A stretch of 64,000 nucleotides of DNA. Source: Armatimonadota bacterium (GTDB lineage: Bacteria; Armatimonadota; UBA5829; DTLH01). Made by a program: the position numbers and the translations under genes. The notes under the pieces were generated by a model, which had not been told where the DNA came from, did not search any database, and saw nothing but the letters and a program-made list of their open reading frames with translations. The DNA lies in NCBI GenBank assembly GCA_039680575.1, contig JBDKSP010000023.1:1-64000 (forward strand), read 5' to 3'. Positions 63,821-64,000 of this stretch are shown one piece after another; the stretch's first letter is position 1; the number at the start of each line of letters is the position of its first letter.

Positions 63821-64000
63821 ATGAAGTTGAAAATGAAGGGAAGACACTATCGTTTCAAGCAAGCAGGAGGATTTATTCTGGCAGCCACAGCAATTCTACT
63901 CATTGTCCTGCTGCAAGGCTGTGGCGGTGGAGGAGGGGGATCAAGCAGTGGAAAGGGATCCATTGAAGGAAAAGTCCGAAACAGTGAGGGTACAGCTCTA
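63821..64000 (+). CDS. Lipoprotein, truncated at the window end
   Basis: AAGGAGG RBS; MKLKMKGRHY...LLQGCGGGGGGSSSGKGSIEGKV lipobox. Confidence 0.7.
   Translation, partial: MKLKMKGRHYRFKQAGGFILAATAILLIVLLQGCGGGGGGSSSGKGSIEGKVRNSEGTAL

Larger units (their letters stand above)
57800..64000. mobile_element. Integrative element / genomic island, left part (boundary approximate, continues past the window)
   Basis: Serine integrase at the edge, drop in GC, ATPase, methylase and XRE cargo. Confidence 0.75.

Overview
Bacterial chromosomal window, probably from a diderm Terrabacteria lineage such as Armatimonadota (inferred from an SLH+beta-barrel OmpM/SlpA-type protein and a PEP-CTERM protein; not proven). 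In order it carries: two secreted BsuPI-like proteins; fba; a glycosyltransferase/O-antigen-ligase/rmlACB cluster converging on the SLH porin gene; nfeD-stomatin; ribulokinase; an AbrB-led ABC/LolA-like/TolC-MFP-RND operon; psuG; glycoside hydrolase genes; a PyrR-attenuated pyrRBC-orf-pyrE-carAB operon; a frameshifted PEP-CTERM gene; an AT-rich orphan; MarR-iscS; hisHA; prfB with its programmed +1 frameshift; an M28 peptidase; and a PHP phosphatase. From about 57.8 kb to the window end lies the left part of an integrated element (large serine recombinase, HerA/VirD4-like ATPase, HEXXH protein, Dam-type methylase, dead resolvase-like domain, XRE regulator). The most striking non-coding signal is a set of related, modular palindromic miniature elements in many intergenic spaces that are visibly nested inside one another, in some cases with TA flanks. 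No tRNA, rRNA or CRISPR array was seen. All calls come from reading the sequence; no database searches were run.
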